From assembly GCA_964447175.1 (NCBI GenBank), contig CAYURP010000001.1, positions 78,208 to 142,207 of the forward strand: DNA of 64,000 bases, read 5' to 3'. How positions within the stretch are numbered: position 1 is the stretch's first letter; each line of letters opens with the position of its first letter. This DNA is from an uncultured Ignavibacteria bacterium. GTDB lineage: Bacteria; Zixibacteria; MSB-5A5; SM23-73-2. The notes below the pieces were generated by a model. That model was not told the origin of the DNA. It worked only from the letters and a program-made list of their open reading frames with translations, and made no database searches. Below, one piece after another: positions 28,759-38,795 of the stretch. A program made the translations under genes and the position numbers.

Positions 28759-29895
28759 ATGGCTCTTGATTTTAACAAAATACATAAAGAAGCTTTGGTG
28801 GCTGATCTGCATTGTGATACCCTGATCCAGATGAAAAGAGGGTATGATTTTTCCGAACGTCATAATGATTATCACGTGGATATCCCCCGATTGATAGAAG
28901 GAGGTATTGATCTTCAGGTGTTCGCCAGTTTTCTGGGGTCAGCTAAAAAAGAGCAAAGTCCCTTTGAAAGTGTCAGCGCTTCAATTGACCTCCTGAAAGC
29001 AGAGATCTCAAAACACTCCGACAAGATAGCGGTATGTTTAACATCAAGCGACGCGCAAAAGATTAAGGAAAGTAATAGAATCGGTGCAATGCTTTCGATT
29101 GAGGGTGGTTTGGCTCTGAATAAAGATCCAGCCAACGTTGAACGCTTCTACAAAAAGGGAATCAGACTAATAACCATCGCGCACAGCAAGCCGAACGGGT
29201 GGTGTACCAGTTCGGAGGAGAAAGACGCATCCTTTCACGGACTCACAGACCTGGGACGGAAGATGATCTCAGAGATGAACAGGTTGGGCATTATTATTGA
29301 TCTCTCCCACAGCTCTGATGCCACGTTTGAGGAGGTACTAAAGGTTTCCAGCCATCCGGTTATAGCATCCCATTCTAATTCCCGATCCCTGTGCGATAAA
29401 CTCCGTAATATCACAGATGAGCAGATTAAAACCCTGGCTAAAAAGGATGGTATGATCGGTGTTACCTTTGTTAGCCAATTTCTCTCTGCCGAATTTGATA
29501 AGGCTTTTTCTGAATATTGGAACAGGGTACCAGAGGATGAAGCCAAAAAGTTGCCTGAGCTTTTTTTATCCGAAATCCCCGAAGAGGAGAAGCAGAAGCA
29601 GATGCAGGAATATAAGCCCCTTATGGATAATGCAGAAAAAGTTTTAGGAGCATTAAGACCTTCGTTTAAAACGGTGGTGGATCATATCGATTATATGGTG
29701 AACCTGGCAGGACCTGACTATGTGAGCATAGGGTCGGATTATGATGGGATGTCCATGCCCCCTTTAGAGCTTGAAGATTGTTCTAAAATGCCGAATTTAA
29801 CAGAGGAACTTGCAGCGCGGGGTTATAGTGAAGTTAACATTAAAAAGATACTGGGGGGCAATTTTATGCGGGTTTTCAAAGCAGTTTGTAGGTAG
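28759..29895 (+). CDS. Membrane dipeptidase (peptidase family M19).
   Basis: 'ALVADLHCDTL', 'IEGG' and 'DLSHSSDATFEEVLKVSSHPVIASHSNSRSLCD' match M19 zinc-ligand regions. Confidence 0.8.
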   Translation: MALDFNKIHKEALVADLHCDTLIQMKRGYDFSERHNDYHVDIPRLIEGGIDLQVFASFLGSAKKEQSPFESVSASIDLLKAEISKHSDKIAVCLTSSDAQKIKESNRIGAMLSIEGGLALNKDPANVERFYKKGIRLITIAHSKPNGWCTSSEEKDASFHGLTDLGRKMISEMNRLGIIIDLSHSSDATFEEVLKVSSHPVIASHSNSRSLCDKLRNITDEQIKTLAKKDGMIGVTFVSQFLSAEFDKAFSEYWNRVPEDEAKKLPELFLSEIPEEEKQKQMQEYKPLMDNAEKVLGALRPSFKTVVDHIDYMVNLAGPDYVSIGSDYDGMSMPPLELEDCSKMPNLTEELAARGYSEVNIKKILGGNFMRVFKAVCR

Positions 29896-30137
29896 ACAAA
29901 GAGACGGGCAAATTTAAAATTCAAAATTAAAAGTTCAAAATTTAAAATTATAGTTATTGTTTGCCTGGGACAGAGTTATATAGGGACATTCAGGTGATTC
30001 CTGCTCAGGTTTCAAGGATTCTTTTTTTTGAATTTGTTTTTAGACCAGATTAAACCTTTCAGTAGAATTTGTGTCTAAAAGTAAAAAGAATATATCAAAT
30101 AAATGATTTATATAAAGTTAAAAAACGAGGAGACGGA

Positions 30138-31397
30138 TTGAATTTAAAACACATTTTTCTATTTGTTATCTGTATAGCCTTTTTTACTAAAAACTCTTCA
30201 GCTCAGGAGCCATTGACCCTTCAGGATTGCCTTTCTTTAGCCAAGGAGAATAACCTCAAGCTGATTCAGCGAAAAACAGCGATAGCAAAGTCCGAGGTGG
30301 GTGTGACTGCCGCTTATTCATCGTATTATCCGAGCCTGAACCTTTCCATTCCGAGCCTGAACCTTTCCAGTAGATATGGCCAAGAAAGGAGCTACTCGAC
30401 AAGCATTGGGGTCGGATACACGCTCTATCAGGGAGGGTCTATTCGTGCCGGTGTAAAGGCTGCAAAAGCGAGAGTGAAAATAGCGGAGGAGAACTATCAT
30501 CTTGGGGAGAACGAAGTGATTCTCGCAGTAAAGGAGGTTTTTTTTGGAATTTTGCAGAAGCAGGAACGGATTGCACTTGCAGAGGACATCCTTAAAAGAC
30601 GGAAAGAAGACCTGGTGCTTATCAGATTGAAGTATAATGCAGGCAGAGAGAGTTCACCCGCAGTGATGGAAGCTGAAGCGAATCTATTGCAGGCAGAATA
30701 TGATAAGAAGCAGGCGGAAGCGGAATTGACCCTTGCCAAAATAGAACTCAATCTGCTTTTTGGCAGGCCCAGAAGGGCAGAAGTATCCATAATGTATGAA
30801 GATGAGGATATAAAGTTTCCGTCTCTTGATAGTCTAATTGCAGAGGCGAAAACTCAAAGACCAGATATTCGCTCCCAGAGGATTAACACGGAGGTATTGA
30901 AAGCTCAGGTTACTCAGGCTAAGAGTAGCTATTTTCCAAAAATTTCCCTGTCTTCTTCATGGGGATATACATGGCGGAGTGGCGAAAAATTCCTGGACCA
31001 GCAAGGAGATTGGAGTGTAGGAATAAGCTTCTCCTTGCCTACTATCTTTGATGGTTTTTCCAGGAAGGCAAAAGTCAATGAGGCGACCCTGTCCCTAAAG
31101 GATCAGGAGGCAACAATCCAGGAGCTAAAGCAGCAGATAGAGGAGGAGATTGAGCAGGATTGGGCCAACTGGGAACTGGCAGAAAAAGTAATTGAGGTGA
31201 ATGATAAAACTCTGCAGGCTACTCGGGAGATGTACCAACTAACAAAGCTTCAATATGAGCAGGGAATGACATCTTACTTTTTCCTGCAACAAAAGGAAAG
31301 TGATCTTACTAACGCAGAAAACAGATATGTTAGTGCTTTATATAATCTGCGTGTGTCTATAGCCAGATTAGAAAAGGCATGGGGAAGGAGGAGTTGA
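30138..31397 (+). CDS. TolC-family outer-membrane efflux channel. TTG start at 30138. The listed ORF starts 69 nt earlier.
   Basis: Signal peptide and two OEP repeats rich in coiled-coil/Gln. It is the first gene of the TolC-MFP-MacB operon. AGGAG lies 6 nt upstream of the TTG. Confidence 0.8.
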   Translation: MNLKHIFLFVICIAFFTKNSSAQEPLTLQDCLSLAKENNLKLIQRKTAIAKSEVGVTAAYSSYYPSLNLSIPSLNLSSRYGQERSYSTSIGVGYTLYQGGSIRAGVKAAKARVKIAEENYHLGENEVILAVKEVFFGILQKQERIALAEDILKRRKEDLVLIRLKYNAGRESSPAVMEAEANLLQAEYDKKQAEAELTLAKIELNLLFGRPRRAEVSIMYEDEDIKFPSLDSLIAEAKTQRPDIRSQRINTEVLKAQVTQAKSSYFPKISLSSSWGYTWRSGEKFLDQQGDWSVGISFSLPTIFDGFSRKAKVNEATLSLKDQEATIQELKQQIEEEIEQDWANWELAEKVIEVNDKTLQATREMYQLTKLQYEQGMTSYFFLQQKESDLTNAENRYVSALYNLRVSIARLEKAWGRRS

Positions 31398-32386
31398 TGA
31401 GAAAATTATTCATAGGAATCATATTTCTAATAATAATCCTGGCTGGATTTTTCTACCTGCGAAAAAGGAATAACCATAATTCAAGTTCACCCAGTTATGA
31501 GATAGTCAGAGTGGAGAAGGGAAATATAGAAGTTAAGGTTCTTTCCACCGGGATTATACAACCCTATACCAGGGTGGAGGTTAGCGCATCTGTCGGCGGA
31601 AGGATAGACAGAGTAGAGGTGGATGAGGGAGATTTGGTCAAAAAAGGGGATATTCTTGCCTGGATTTCCAGCGAGGATAGGATGGCTCTTCTGGATGCGG
31701 CACGTTCTGCTCTGGAATCCTCTCAACAAGAAAACGATCAGGAGGCCATAAAAGAGGCGGAGATGGCTTATGAAATCGCAGAGAAAGCTTACAAACCGGT
31801 GCCTCTAACTAACTCGATTTCCGGCGAAGTAATAAATCGCTCCTGTGAGCCGGGACAGAACGTCTCCACCCAGAGCATCCTCTTCGTCATCGCTGATCGG
31901 CTTGTGGCCAGCGTGGAAGTGGATGAGGTGGATATAGGTAAGATAAAGATGGGACAACAGACCTGGATTACGCTTGATGCTTTTCCCGATGAGAGGTTGA
32001 AAGGAAAAGTGACCAAGATCTCCCGCGAGGGCAGTCTGGTCTCGGACGTGGTGGTCTACGAGGTGATGGTGGATCCCCTGAAAGTTCCGCCCCATTGGGC
32101 ATCGGGTATGACAGCCAACGTGGAATTTATGGTCGAAAGAAAGGACAGTATACTGGTGATTCCAAAAGGTACAGTAAAGGGAAAAGAAGGTGATAACTAC
32201 GTTATGCTATTAGAAGATAAGCCAACACCTCGGAAGATCGAAACAGGTATTACTGATGGAAGGGTGATCGAAGTAACTGAAGGATTGAAGGAAGGTGAAA
32301 AAATAATCTTGGGTGGGATAGAAAACAACTCACGGCAAGGAGAGCCTGGCCAAGACCTGAGGAGGATGATGAGGGGACTGAGATGA
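31379..32386 (+). CDS. Efflux periplasmic adaptor (membrane fusion protein, MacA/HlyD-like).
   Basis: N-terminal TM, biotinyl/lipoyl-like and beta-barrel MFP domains. It overlaps the neighbouring genes. Confidence 0.8.
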   Translation: MGKEELMRKLFIGIIFLIIILAGFFYLRKRNNHNSSSPSYEIVRVEKGNIEVKVLSTGIIQPYTRVEVSASVGGRIDRVEVDEGDLVKKGDILAWISSEDRMALLDAARSALESSQQENDQEAIKEAEMAYEIAEKAYKPVPLTNSISGEVINRSCEPGQNVSTQSILFVIADRLVASVEVDEVDIGKIKMGQQTWITLDAFPDERLKGKVTKISREGSLVSDVVVYEVMVDPLKVPPHWASGMTANVEFMVERKDSILVIPKGTVKGKEGDNYVMLLEDKPTPRKIETGITDGRVIEVTEGLKEGEKIILGGIENNSRQGEPGQDLRRMMRGLR

Positions 32387-34338
32387 TTGAACTTAAAAAT
32401 GTCAGCAAAACCTACAAGATGGGGGATATAAAGGTCCCTGCCCTGAGAAATGCCACACTTAAAATAGAAGATGGCGAATTCATCGCCATTATGGGACCTT
32501 CAGGTTCGGGCAAGTCCACCCTCCTGAATATCCTGGGATGCCTGGATGTTCCCACCAGCGGCAAATATCTATTCGATGACATAAACGTCGCAGAATTTTC
32601 CGAATCGCAGCTTGCCCGGATCCGGAATGAGAAGATAGGATTCGTTTTTCAGACTTTTAACCTGCTGCCTCGTTTGAACGCCCTGTCCAATGTGGAGCTT
32701 CCACTTATTTATGGGGGAAATCATACTAAAAGAAAAGATATAGCCATTAATGCGCTGCAGGCGGTTAATCTTGAAGATAGAGCTCATCACCGTCCCAGAG
32801 AATTGTCCGGCGGACAACAACAGCGTGTTGCCATTGCCCGGGCACTGGCCAACCAGCCTTCCATAATTCTTGCGGATGAGCCCACCGGGAATCTGGATTC
32901 TAAATCCGGGAAAGAGATAATGTCAATCCTTTCTGAGTTTAACCAGAAGGGCATGACCATTATTCTGGTAACGCACGATGACTCGGTAGCATCTTATGCT
33001 CAAAGAATCGTACGTTTGAAAGATGGTGAGATTGTGGAAGATCAGAGAACCTCAGGTATGGAGCGGGTTAGCCAGACTACGGTGCCAGCACTTAGCGACA
33101 AGAAGAAAAGAAGGTTCTCCATGGCTGAATTGGTAGAAAGTTTGTCCATGGCAGTATCCTCCATTTTTTCAAATAAACTCCGCAGTTTTCTGACCATGCT
33201 GGGAATTATCGTGGGAGTTTCTGCTGTGATTACCATGATAGCCATAGGTCAGGGGGCTGGTGCTCAGATTACGGAACGTATCAGTAAGCTGGGGGCAAAT
33301 CTTTTGATGGTGCGTCCCGGGGCCTCTCAGAGAGGACCTGCACGATCAGCCAGCGGAAGCATTACCTCTCTCACTTATGAGGATGCCCAGGCCATTGCTG
33401 AGAGAAGCCCCTCTGTGGCTAAAGTGGATGCAGAGTATTCCAGAAATGCTCAGGTGGTCTACGGAAATAAGAATACCAATACCACCATAAATGGAGTGAC
33501 ACCCAGCTATCCCGAAGTAAGAAATTTTCCGGTAGAGCAAGGTTTTTTCCTGACTGATGAGGATAACCGAATTATGAGTCGGGTGGCGGTTCTGGGAAAA
33601 ACGGTGGTCAAAAACCTTTTCGGAGAAGAAAATCCTATAGGACAATACATAAAGATTAAGCGGAGCAATTTTCAGGTTATCGGCGTGATGAGCGAAAAAG
33701 GTAGTAGTGGGCGGAGAGATGAGGACGATATCATCTTTGTTCCACTGAAAACCGCACAGAAAAGGCTATTTGGGGTGGATTATGTATCATCTGTCAATGT
33801 AGAGGCAAAGAATGAGGATGTTATGGACAAAGCATCAGCCGAGATTGCATCTTTGCTCCATGAAAGGCACAATATCAGGGAGGACCAGGAGGACGACTTC
33901 AATATCATGTCTCAGGCAGAGATACTCTCCACCATGCAGGAAACCAGTAACACCTTCACTATGCTTTTAGCCGGTGTTGCCGTGGTTAGCCTTATCGTGG
34001 GAGGAATTGGGATTATGAACATTATGTTTGTGTCCGTTACCGAGAGGACCAGGGAAATAGGCATCCGCAAAGCCATAGGCGCACAGAGGCGTGATATCCT
34101 GAGCCAGTTTCTTATCGAGGCGGTCATAGTGTCTTTGAGCGGCGGAGCAATTGGCGCTCTTTTAGGCATTTTGACCAGTCAACTGGTGAGCAAGTTTGCA
34201 GGCTGGCCCACGGTCATCACCCCCACCTCCGTATTATTGTCCTTCTCCTTTGCCTTTGCGGTGGGACTGTTTTTTGGATTCTATCCAGCCCGTAAGGGCG
34301 CGCTTTTAAACCCTATCGATGCATTGAGATATGAGTAG
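32383..34338 (+). CDS. macB: MacB-type ABC transporter (fused N-terminal ATPase plus C-terminal FtsX permease).
   Basis: Walker A 'GPSGSGKST', signature '[15 protein letters not shown]', Walker B '[11 protein letters not shown]'. The C-terminal 4-TM FtsX domain ends '[10 protein letters not shown]'. Confidence 0.9.
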   Translation: MIELKNVSKTYKMGDIKVPALRNATLKIEDGEFIAIMGPSGSGKSTLLNILGCLDVPTSGKYLFDDINVAEFSESQLARIRNEKIGFVFQTFNLLPRLNALSNVELPLIYGGNHTKRKDIAINALQAVNLEDRAHHRPRELSGGQQQRVAIARALANQPSIILADEPTGNLDSKSGKEIMSILSEFNQKGMTIILVTHDDSVASYAQRIVRLKDGEIVEDQRTSGMERVSQTTVPALSDKKKRRFSMAELVESLSMAVSSIFSNKLRSFLTMLGIIVGVSAVITMIAIGQGAGAQITERISKLGANLLMVRPGASQRGPARSASGSITSLTYEDAQAIAERSPSVAKVDAEYSRNAQVVYGNKNTNTTINGVTPSYPEVRNFPVEQGFFLTDEDNRIMSRVAVLGKTVVKNLFGEENPIGQYIKIKRSNFQVIGVMSEKGSSGRRDEDDIIFVPLKTAQKRLFGVDYVSSVNVEAKNEDVMDKASAEIASLLHERHNIREDQEDDFNIMSQAEILSTMQETSNTFTMLLAGVAVVSLIVGGIGIMNIMFVSVTERTREIGIRKAIGAQRRDILSQFLIEAVIVSLSGGAIGALLGILTSQLVSKFAGWPTVITPTSVLLSFSFAFAVGLFFGFYPARKGALLNPIDALRYE

Positions 34339-34421
34339 CACATAGAAAGAATTCAAATTACAGGAAGAGCCAGGCTGAAATTGAATCGAGATGACGATAA
34401 AAAATTATTTGAGGAGAATAA

Positions 34422-34664
34422 GTGGATATGAAATCAGATAAAATCACAAATAATCAGATCACCACAGATGATTTGGCATTTTCAGCCTATCTGAAAATGA
34501 AGGGTTATCCTCTCATCAAATCAGATCAAAAAAAATCAAAAAGCACCTTCACTTTTGAAGTTGATGCGGATATGGATCAACTCAAGGTGGAGTTTATCAA
34601 CAGCCAGTTTGTCCAGTTCTACAATGAACTGAGAAACTTAAAGAAGATGATTTCAACAAAATAG
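34422..34664 (+). CDS. Small conserved hypothetical protein (80 aa; possibly DUF5659-like).
   Basis: 'DLAFSAYLKMKGYPLI...FTFEVD...FINSQFVQFYNELRNLKK'. Good RBS (GAGGAG). Confidence 0.3.
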   Translation: MDMKSDKITNNQITTDDLAFSAYLKMKGYPLIKSDQKKSKSTFTFEVDADMDQLKVEFINSQFVQFYNELRNLKKMISTK

Positions 34665-34673
34665 GAGGTCGAG

Positions 34674-35627
34674 ATGAAATCGTATCGCACATCCATTGCA
34701 ATCCTTTTGTTTTTTGCCCTTCTTGTTGCCAGCCCCTGGAACGAGGCTTTGAGCCAGCGCGGTGGAGGTCATCATGGGAAAGGCTTCTTGTCCAATTTGA
34801 CGGATGAGCAAAGAGAGGCTGTTCAAGAGAAAATGGAGGAGATGAGAGAACAGGGTGCTACACCTGAGGAGGTTCACACCGCAGTAGTTGAGATGCTGAA
34901 AGGTTATGGCATCGAGGTGCCCGAGGATTGGAAGGGACTGCATGGTCGAGGTGGCTTTGGTCCTGGTCCAGGTGGCTTCTGGAAAGATCTCACTGATGAG
35001 CAGAGGCAAGCTGTTCATGAAAAGATAAAGGAGCTGCGAGGTCAGAGTGCTACAGCTGAGGAGATTCACACCGCAGTGGCAGAGATGCTAAAAGGTTATG
35101 GCATTGAGGTGCCTGAGGATTGGAAAGGACCGCATGGTCGAGGTGGTTTTGATCCTGGTCCAGGTGGCTTCTGGAAAGATCTGACTGAAAAGCAGAGACA
35201 AGCTGTTCATGAAAAGATAAAGGAGATGAAAGACCAGGGTGCTACCCGGGAGGAGATTCACGCCGCAGTAACTGAGATAATTGAAAGTTACGGTATCGAG
35301 CTACCAAAGGATTCTGAAGATAGTACTTCAGAAATCGCACCTGCTGCTGAACCTTATATTAAAGCCCAGAATTATCCCAATCCCTTTAATCCTCAGACCG
35401 AGATCGCTTACAATCTGCCTCAGGACTATCAGGTCAAGCTGACCATCCTGAATATACAGGGTCAAAAAGTCAGGGTTTTGGTGGATGAGTATCAGAACGC
35501 AGGGATGAAAAAGGTGACCTGGGATGGCTGTGATGAAAGCGGAGAAAGAGTAGCAAGCGGGGTCTATTTTTACAGAATTGAAGCTGGCTCATACACTGTG
35601 TCGAACCGGATGGTTCTGCTCAAGTAG
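34674..35627 (+). CDS. Secreted T9SS cargo protein. It has three tandem Spy/CpxP-like LTXXQ repeats of about 62 aa plus a Por-secretion C-terminal sorting domain.
   Basis: Signal peptide. Three repeats of 'LTDEQR.AV.EK..E.R.QGAT.EE.H.AV.EMLKGYGIEVPEDWKG.HGRGGF.PGPGGFWKD'. The C-terminus 'NYPNPFNPQTEIAYNLP...VASGVYFYRIEAGSYTVSNRMVLLK' matches the T9SS type-A CTD. Confidence 0.7.
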   Translation: MKSYRTSIAILLFFALLVASPWNEALSQRGGGHHGKGFLSNLTDEQREAVQEKMEEMREQGATPEEVHTAVVEMLKGYGIEVPEDWKGLHGRGGFGPGPGGFWKDLTDEQRQAVHEKIKELRGQSATAEEIHTAVAEMLKGYGIEVPEDWKGPHGRGGFDPGPGGFWKDLTEKQRQAVHEKIKEMKDQGATREEIHAAVTEIIESYGIELPKDSEDSTSEIAPAAEPYIKAQNYPNPFNPQTEIAYNLPQDYQVKLTILNIQGQKVRVLVDEYQNAGMKKVTWDGCDESGERVASGVYFYRIEAGSYTVSNRMVLLK

Positions 35628-35721
35628 ACCAGAAGTCATGGGTAACTGTATTCAATTATTGGGGGCGACCCGAAATTCTGGTCGCCCCTGGTTTCTAACT
35701 TATAATAAATGAGGATAAAAA

Positions 35722-36585
35722 ATGGCCTACAAAAACCTCATCCCAATGCGAATGCAAATAGTGATATTCCTGGCATTTGCCGGGATTATCCTTATAGCAG
35801 GTTGCCAGACTCAGGAGGTTGAGACTCGCTGGTCAGCAGAGCCGGTGAAGGTTGACGGTGAAATAACGGAATGGAACAATATGCCTATGAACTATTTTGA
35901 GGAGAGCGGGGTGGGACTGGGTTTATGCAATGACACAGAAAAACTTTACATTCTTTTTCGCTTCAACAACTCCCAATGGGTGCGCGCCATTCGCAGGGGT
36001 GGTTTGACTTTGTGGCTGGATAATTCCGGCAAAAAGAAGAAAGATTTCGGGATCCGTTACACTGGTGGACCATCACTTTCTGATCTGCAAAAAATGGGAG
36101 GGTCTGGTGAGGGTGGATTCAGGGAAAGCCTGACCCCGGAGCAGCAACAGCGTCTTGCGGACAGAGAGAAGGCCATGGCTGATCAAATCACATTCATCAA
36201 CAAAAAAAGCAATCGGGAAATAACATTAAAGGCTGATGGCTCTGGCGGTCCGGCTGTTTGTTTTGACTCTCTTGAGGGGATCTATGCATATGAATTCAGT
36301 ATTCCCCTGCAGAAAGGGGATGCTTTTGATTGTGCCATTGGTGCGAAACCAGGGCAAACTATCTGTCTTGGATTGGAGTGGGGGGGCATGGGTGATCGCC
36401 AGCGCATGAGGTGGGGAGAGGGTAGTGGGATGGGTGCGCCCCCCGGCGGTGGAGGTAGCATGCCACCGGGTGGAGGGGGTATGGGTGGCGGTCCACCAGG
36501 TGGAGGTAGGGGCGGTGCCCGCATGCAACAACCTGAAAAGCAGGAGATCTGGGTGAAAACAAAGCTGTCTTTACCCCCGGCATAA
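35722..36585 (+). CDS. Lipoprotein with a C-terminal Gly/Pro/Met-rich low-complexity tail (hypothetical).
   Basis: Lipobox 'IAGCQT'. The C-terminus has 'GGGGSMPPGGGGMGGGPPGGGRGG'. Confidence 0.45.
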   Translation: MAYKNLIPMRMQIVIFLAFAGIILIAGCQTQEVETRWSAEPVKVDGEITEWNNMPMNYFEESGVGLGLCNDTEKLYILFRFNNSQWVRAIRRGGLTLWLDNSGKKKKDFGIRYTGGPSLSDLQKMGGSGEGGFRESLTPEQQQRLADREKAMADQITFINKKSNREITLKADGSGGPAVCFDSLEGIYAYEFSIPLQKGDAFDCAIGAKPGQTICLGLEWGGMGDRQRMRWGEGSGMGAPPGGGGSMPPGGGGMGGGPPGGGRGGARMQQPEKQEIWVKTKLSLPPA

Positions 36586-36598
36586 CAGGAATAGATCA

Positions 36599-37369
36599 AT
36601 GGGCAGATTTTCTAAATTCAAGGCGCGGTGGGCAGTGGCTTTTTACAGTCCGGTTCTCCTCTTATTATTAAGCTCCTGCGCTACCGTGCCCTCTTCCCAA
36701 AAATATGTGGGCTCGGTTTCCGATCTAAAAAACTCACACCGGATGGATGAATCCTTCCAGGCTTTGTGGGAGAGGCGGACGGTGTATTTCGGTCAGGAAA
36801 GATTGGGCGGAAAACCTTTGCACCTGGGCATCCCTTTTATGACGAGCGGAGAGCGGAGCGGAGATAGCGAATTTCCGCTTCAGATTACAGCCACTTTAAT
36901 GGATTCCCTGCTCATAGAAGCTGGCTTAAAGCACTATGTTTCCCTACTGGGGATGAACTTGGAGGAGGAGGCTGAGTTTCGCAGCTCTTATTTTAGCAGA
37001 TATGATCCTGCAAACCATCTTCTTATCTGGTGTGAACTGCAAACCTCTTGGGCGGAACTCCATCTGAATCTTGACCGCTGGACTATCTTTATCGAGGACC
37101 ATGCTGGTAATCAATATGAACCTGTACAGATATTGGAGGGATCCCCACCCGCTCGTCAAACAATAACGGATATGTTTCCTGATTTCCAGCCCAAACTGAG
37201 GCTTCGGGCATGGGAATTCCATCAAAAGACTATAATGCTTTGCTTCCCAAAGTTCGATTTTTATAAAAACCCCGTTCTTTCAGATGAAATACAATCTCTC
37301 AAATTGATCTTTCAATTGAGTGAGGATCAGAAAACAAGAGCAGAAGGAATCTGGGAATTCAGCGATTAA
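36599..37369 (+). CDS. Hypothetical lipoprotein.
   Basis: Lipobox 'LLSSCAT'. No recognised family. Confidence 0.4.
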   Translation: MGRFSKFKARWAVAFYSPVLLLLLSSCATVPSSQKYVGSVSDLKNSHRMDESFQALWERRTVYFGQERLGGKPLHLGIPFMTSGERSGDSEFPLQITATLMDSLLIEAGLKHYVSLLGMNLEEEAEFRSSYFSRYDPANHLLIWCELQTSWAELHLNLDRWTIFIEDHAGNQYEPVQILEGSPPARQTITDMFPDFQPKLRLRAWEFHQKTIMLCFPKFDFYKNPVLSDEIQSLKLIFQLSEDQKTRAEGIWEFSD

Positions 37370-37528
37370 GCTGGCTCTGAAACATGTGCTAAAAAGAGAG
37401 ATCCTGAGCTAAGCTGTTCTGACAGCAAATCGTGATAAATGTATTATTTAGGCTTAAAATGAACCTGGCAGGATTTGCGTAAATGTAGATAGATGCTTTG
37501 AGCTTACCCAAAGAAAAAAGGAGTTTGA

Positions 37529-38791
37529 ATGAAGAAAATAATAGCTTTGTTTGTCATCGTACTCGTGGTAGTGATTTGGCTGGTTTTCAATCCGTTTAAA
37601 AAATCCGAGTCCAATGAAAACAGCGCCACCAGGAGGTCGACTGCCACAGCCCAGCGGGGTAATCTGGTGATAGCCGTAAATTCAACCGGAGTTATAGAGC
37701 CTACCCTTACAGTGGAGCTGAAATCAAAGGCTTCTGGCGAAATCATCGAGCTGCCCATCGAGGAAGGTGACATGGTAAAGAAGGGCCAGCTCATAGCCCG
37801 TCTTGACCAAAAAACTGCCAAAAACGAGTTTGACCAGGCTCAGGCTGATCTTGAGGTAGCTCAGGTGGCACTTTCTCAGGCCGAAAAACAACTTCAAAGG
37901 CAAAAACAGATGTACGAGCGGGAATTGATCTCAGAGCTGGATTATGAAAATGCATTGCTGGCTAATGAACAGGCAAACTCCAACCTGGTCCGGACAAAAA
38001 CAGCACTGGAAGACGCTAAGGAAAGGCTTTCTGATACCATTATCAAATCGCCCATAGATGGTGTAGTCCTGCAAAAATTTGTGGAAAAAGGCCAGATCAT
38101 AGCTTCGGGCATATCCGCCGTTACCGGTGGAACCACCATCGCAACGGTTGCGGATATGTCCCGGGCATACGTTAAGACCTCAGTAGATGAGGTAGACATC
38201 GGGCAGATCGCACCGAACCAGAAAGCTACGGTTATAGCTGAGACATATCCCGATCGTGAGTTCAACGGCGAAGTTCTGCGAATTCACCCCCTGGCAAAAG
38301 TGGATCAGAACGTAACTACTTTCGATGTAACCATTGAGGTGGACAATTCGGAGGGATTGCTAATGGCAGGAATGAACGCCAGCGTGGAGATAATAGCAGG
38401 CTTCAAGGAGAATGTCTTATTGGTACCCCGGGAAGCCTTGACTGATGCCAGGTCCATAGCCCGGATGGTCGGCTTCAATCCAATGGGTGCCGGTCAGCAA
38501 AGCGATACGAGAAAACCACAAGGTGGAAGCTCAACAGGTGAGCCTCCTCCTGGGATGATGGCAGATAAATCTTCTAATCCCAAACGGATGGTTATTGTCG
38601 TTGCCAATGGTCAGGAGGAGCCGCGAGACGTGGAGATAGGGCTGTCCAATTTCGAGAAAGCAGAGATATTATCCGGTTTGTCTGAGGGGGATACAGTCCT
38701 CACAACAGTAACCTCCAAGGCACTCCAGGATCGGGAGGCTTTTCTGCAGCGAATCAGAGAGCACAGCCAGATTCCCGGTATGGGGAGGTAA
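37529..38791 (+). CDS. Efflux periplasmic adaptor (MFP/HlyD family), second copy.
   Basis: N-terminal TM, coiled-coil hairpin, lipoyl and beta-barrel domains. It is followed by an FtsX permease. Confidence 0.8.
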   Translation: MKKIIALFVIVLVVVIWLVFNPFKKSESNENSATRRSTATAQRGNLVIAVNSTGVIEPTLTVELKSKASGEIIELPIEEGDMVKKGQLIARLDQKTAKNEFDQAQADLEVAQVALSQAEKQLQRQKQMYERELISELDYENALLANEQANSNLVRTKTALEDAKERLSDTIIKSPIDGVVLQKFVEKGQIIASGISAVTGGTTIATVADMSRAYVKTSVDEVDIGQIAPNQKATVIAETYPDREFNGEVLRIHPLAKVDQNVTTFDVTIEVDNSEGLLMAGMNASVEIIAGFKENVLLVPREALTDARSIARMVGFNPMGAGQQSDTRKPQGGSSTGEPPPGMMADKSSNPKRMVIVVANGQEEPRDVEIGLSNFEKAEILSGLSEGDTVLTTVTSKALQDREAFLQRIREHSQIPGMGR

Positions 38792-38795
38792 AAGA

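Noticed and set aside
34789-35310. The tandem repeats of about 186 bp as non-coding VNTR or CRISPR-like structure
   Set aside because: They are in frame within a signal-peptide-bearing ORF, and each encodes a complete protein repeat.
36226-36599. Antisense ORFs 36226..36531, 36282..36599 and 36359..36583 (74-105 aa, Pro/Gly/His-rich)
   Set aside because: They are the reverse complements of the Gly/Pro-rich low-complexity tail of the plus-strand lipoprotein gene. GC-rich low complexity produces open frames on all strands.
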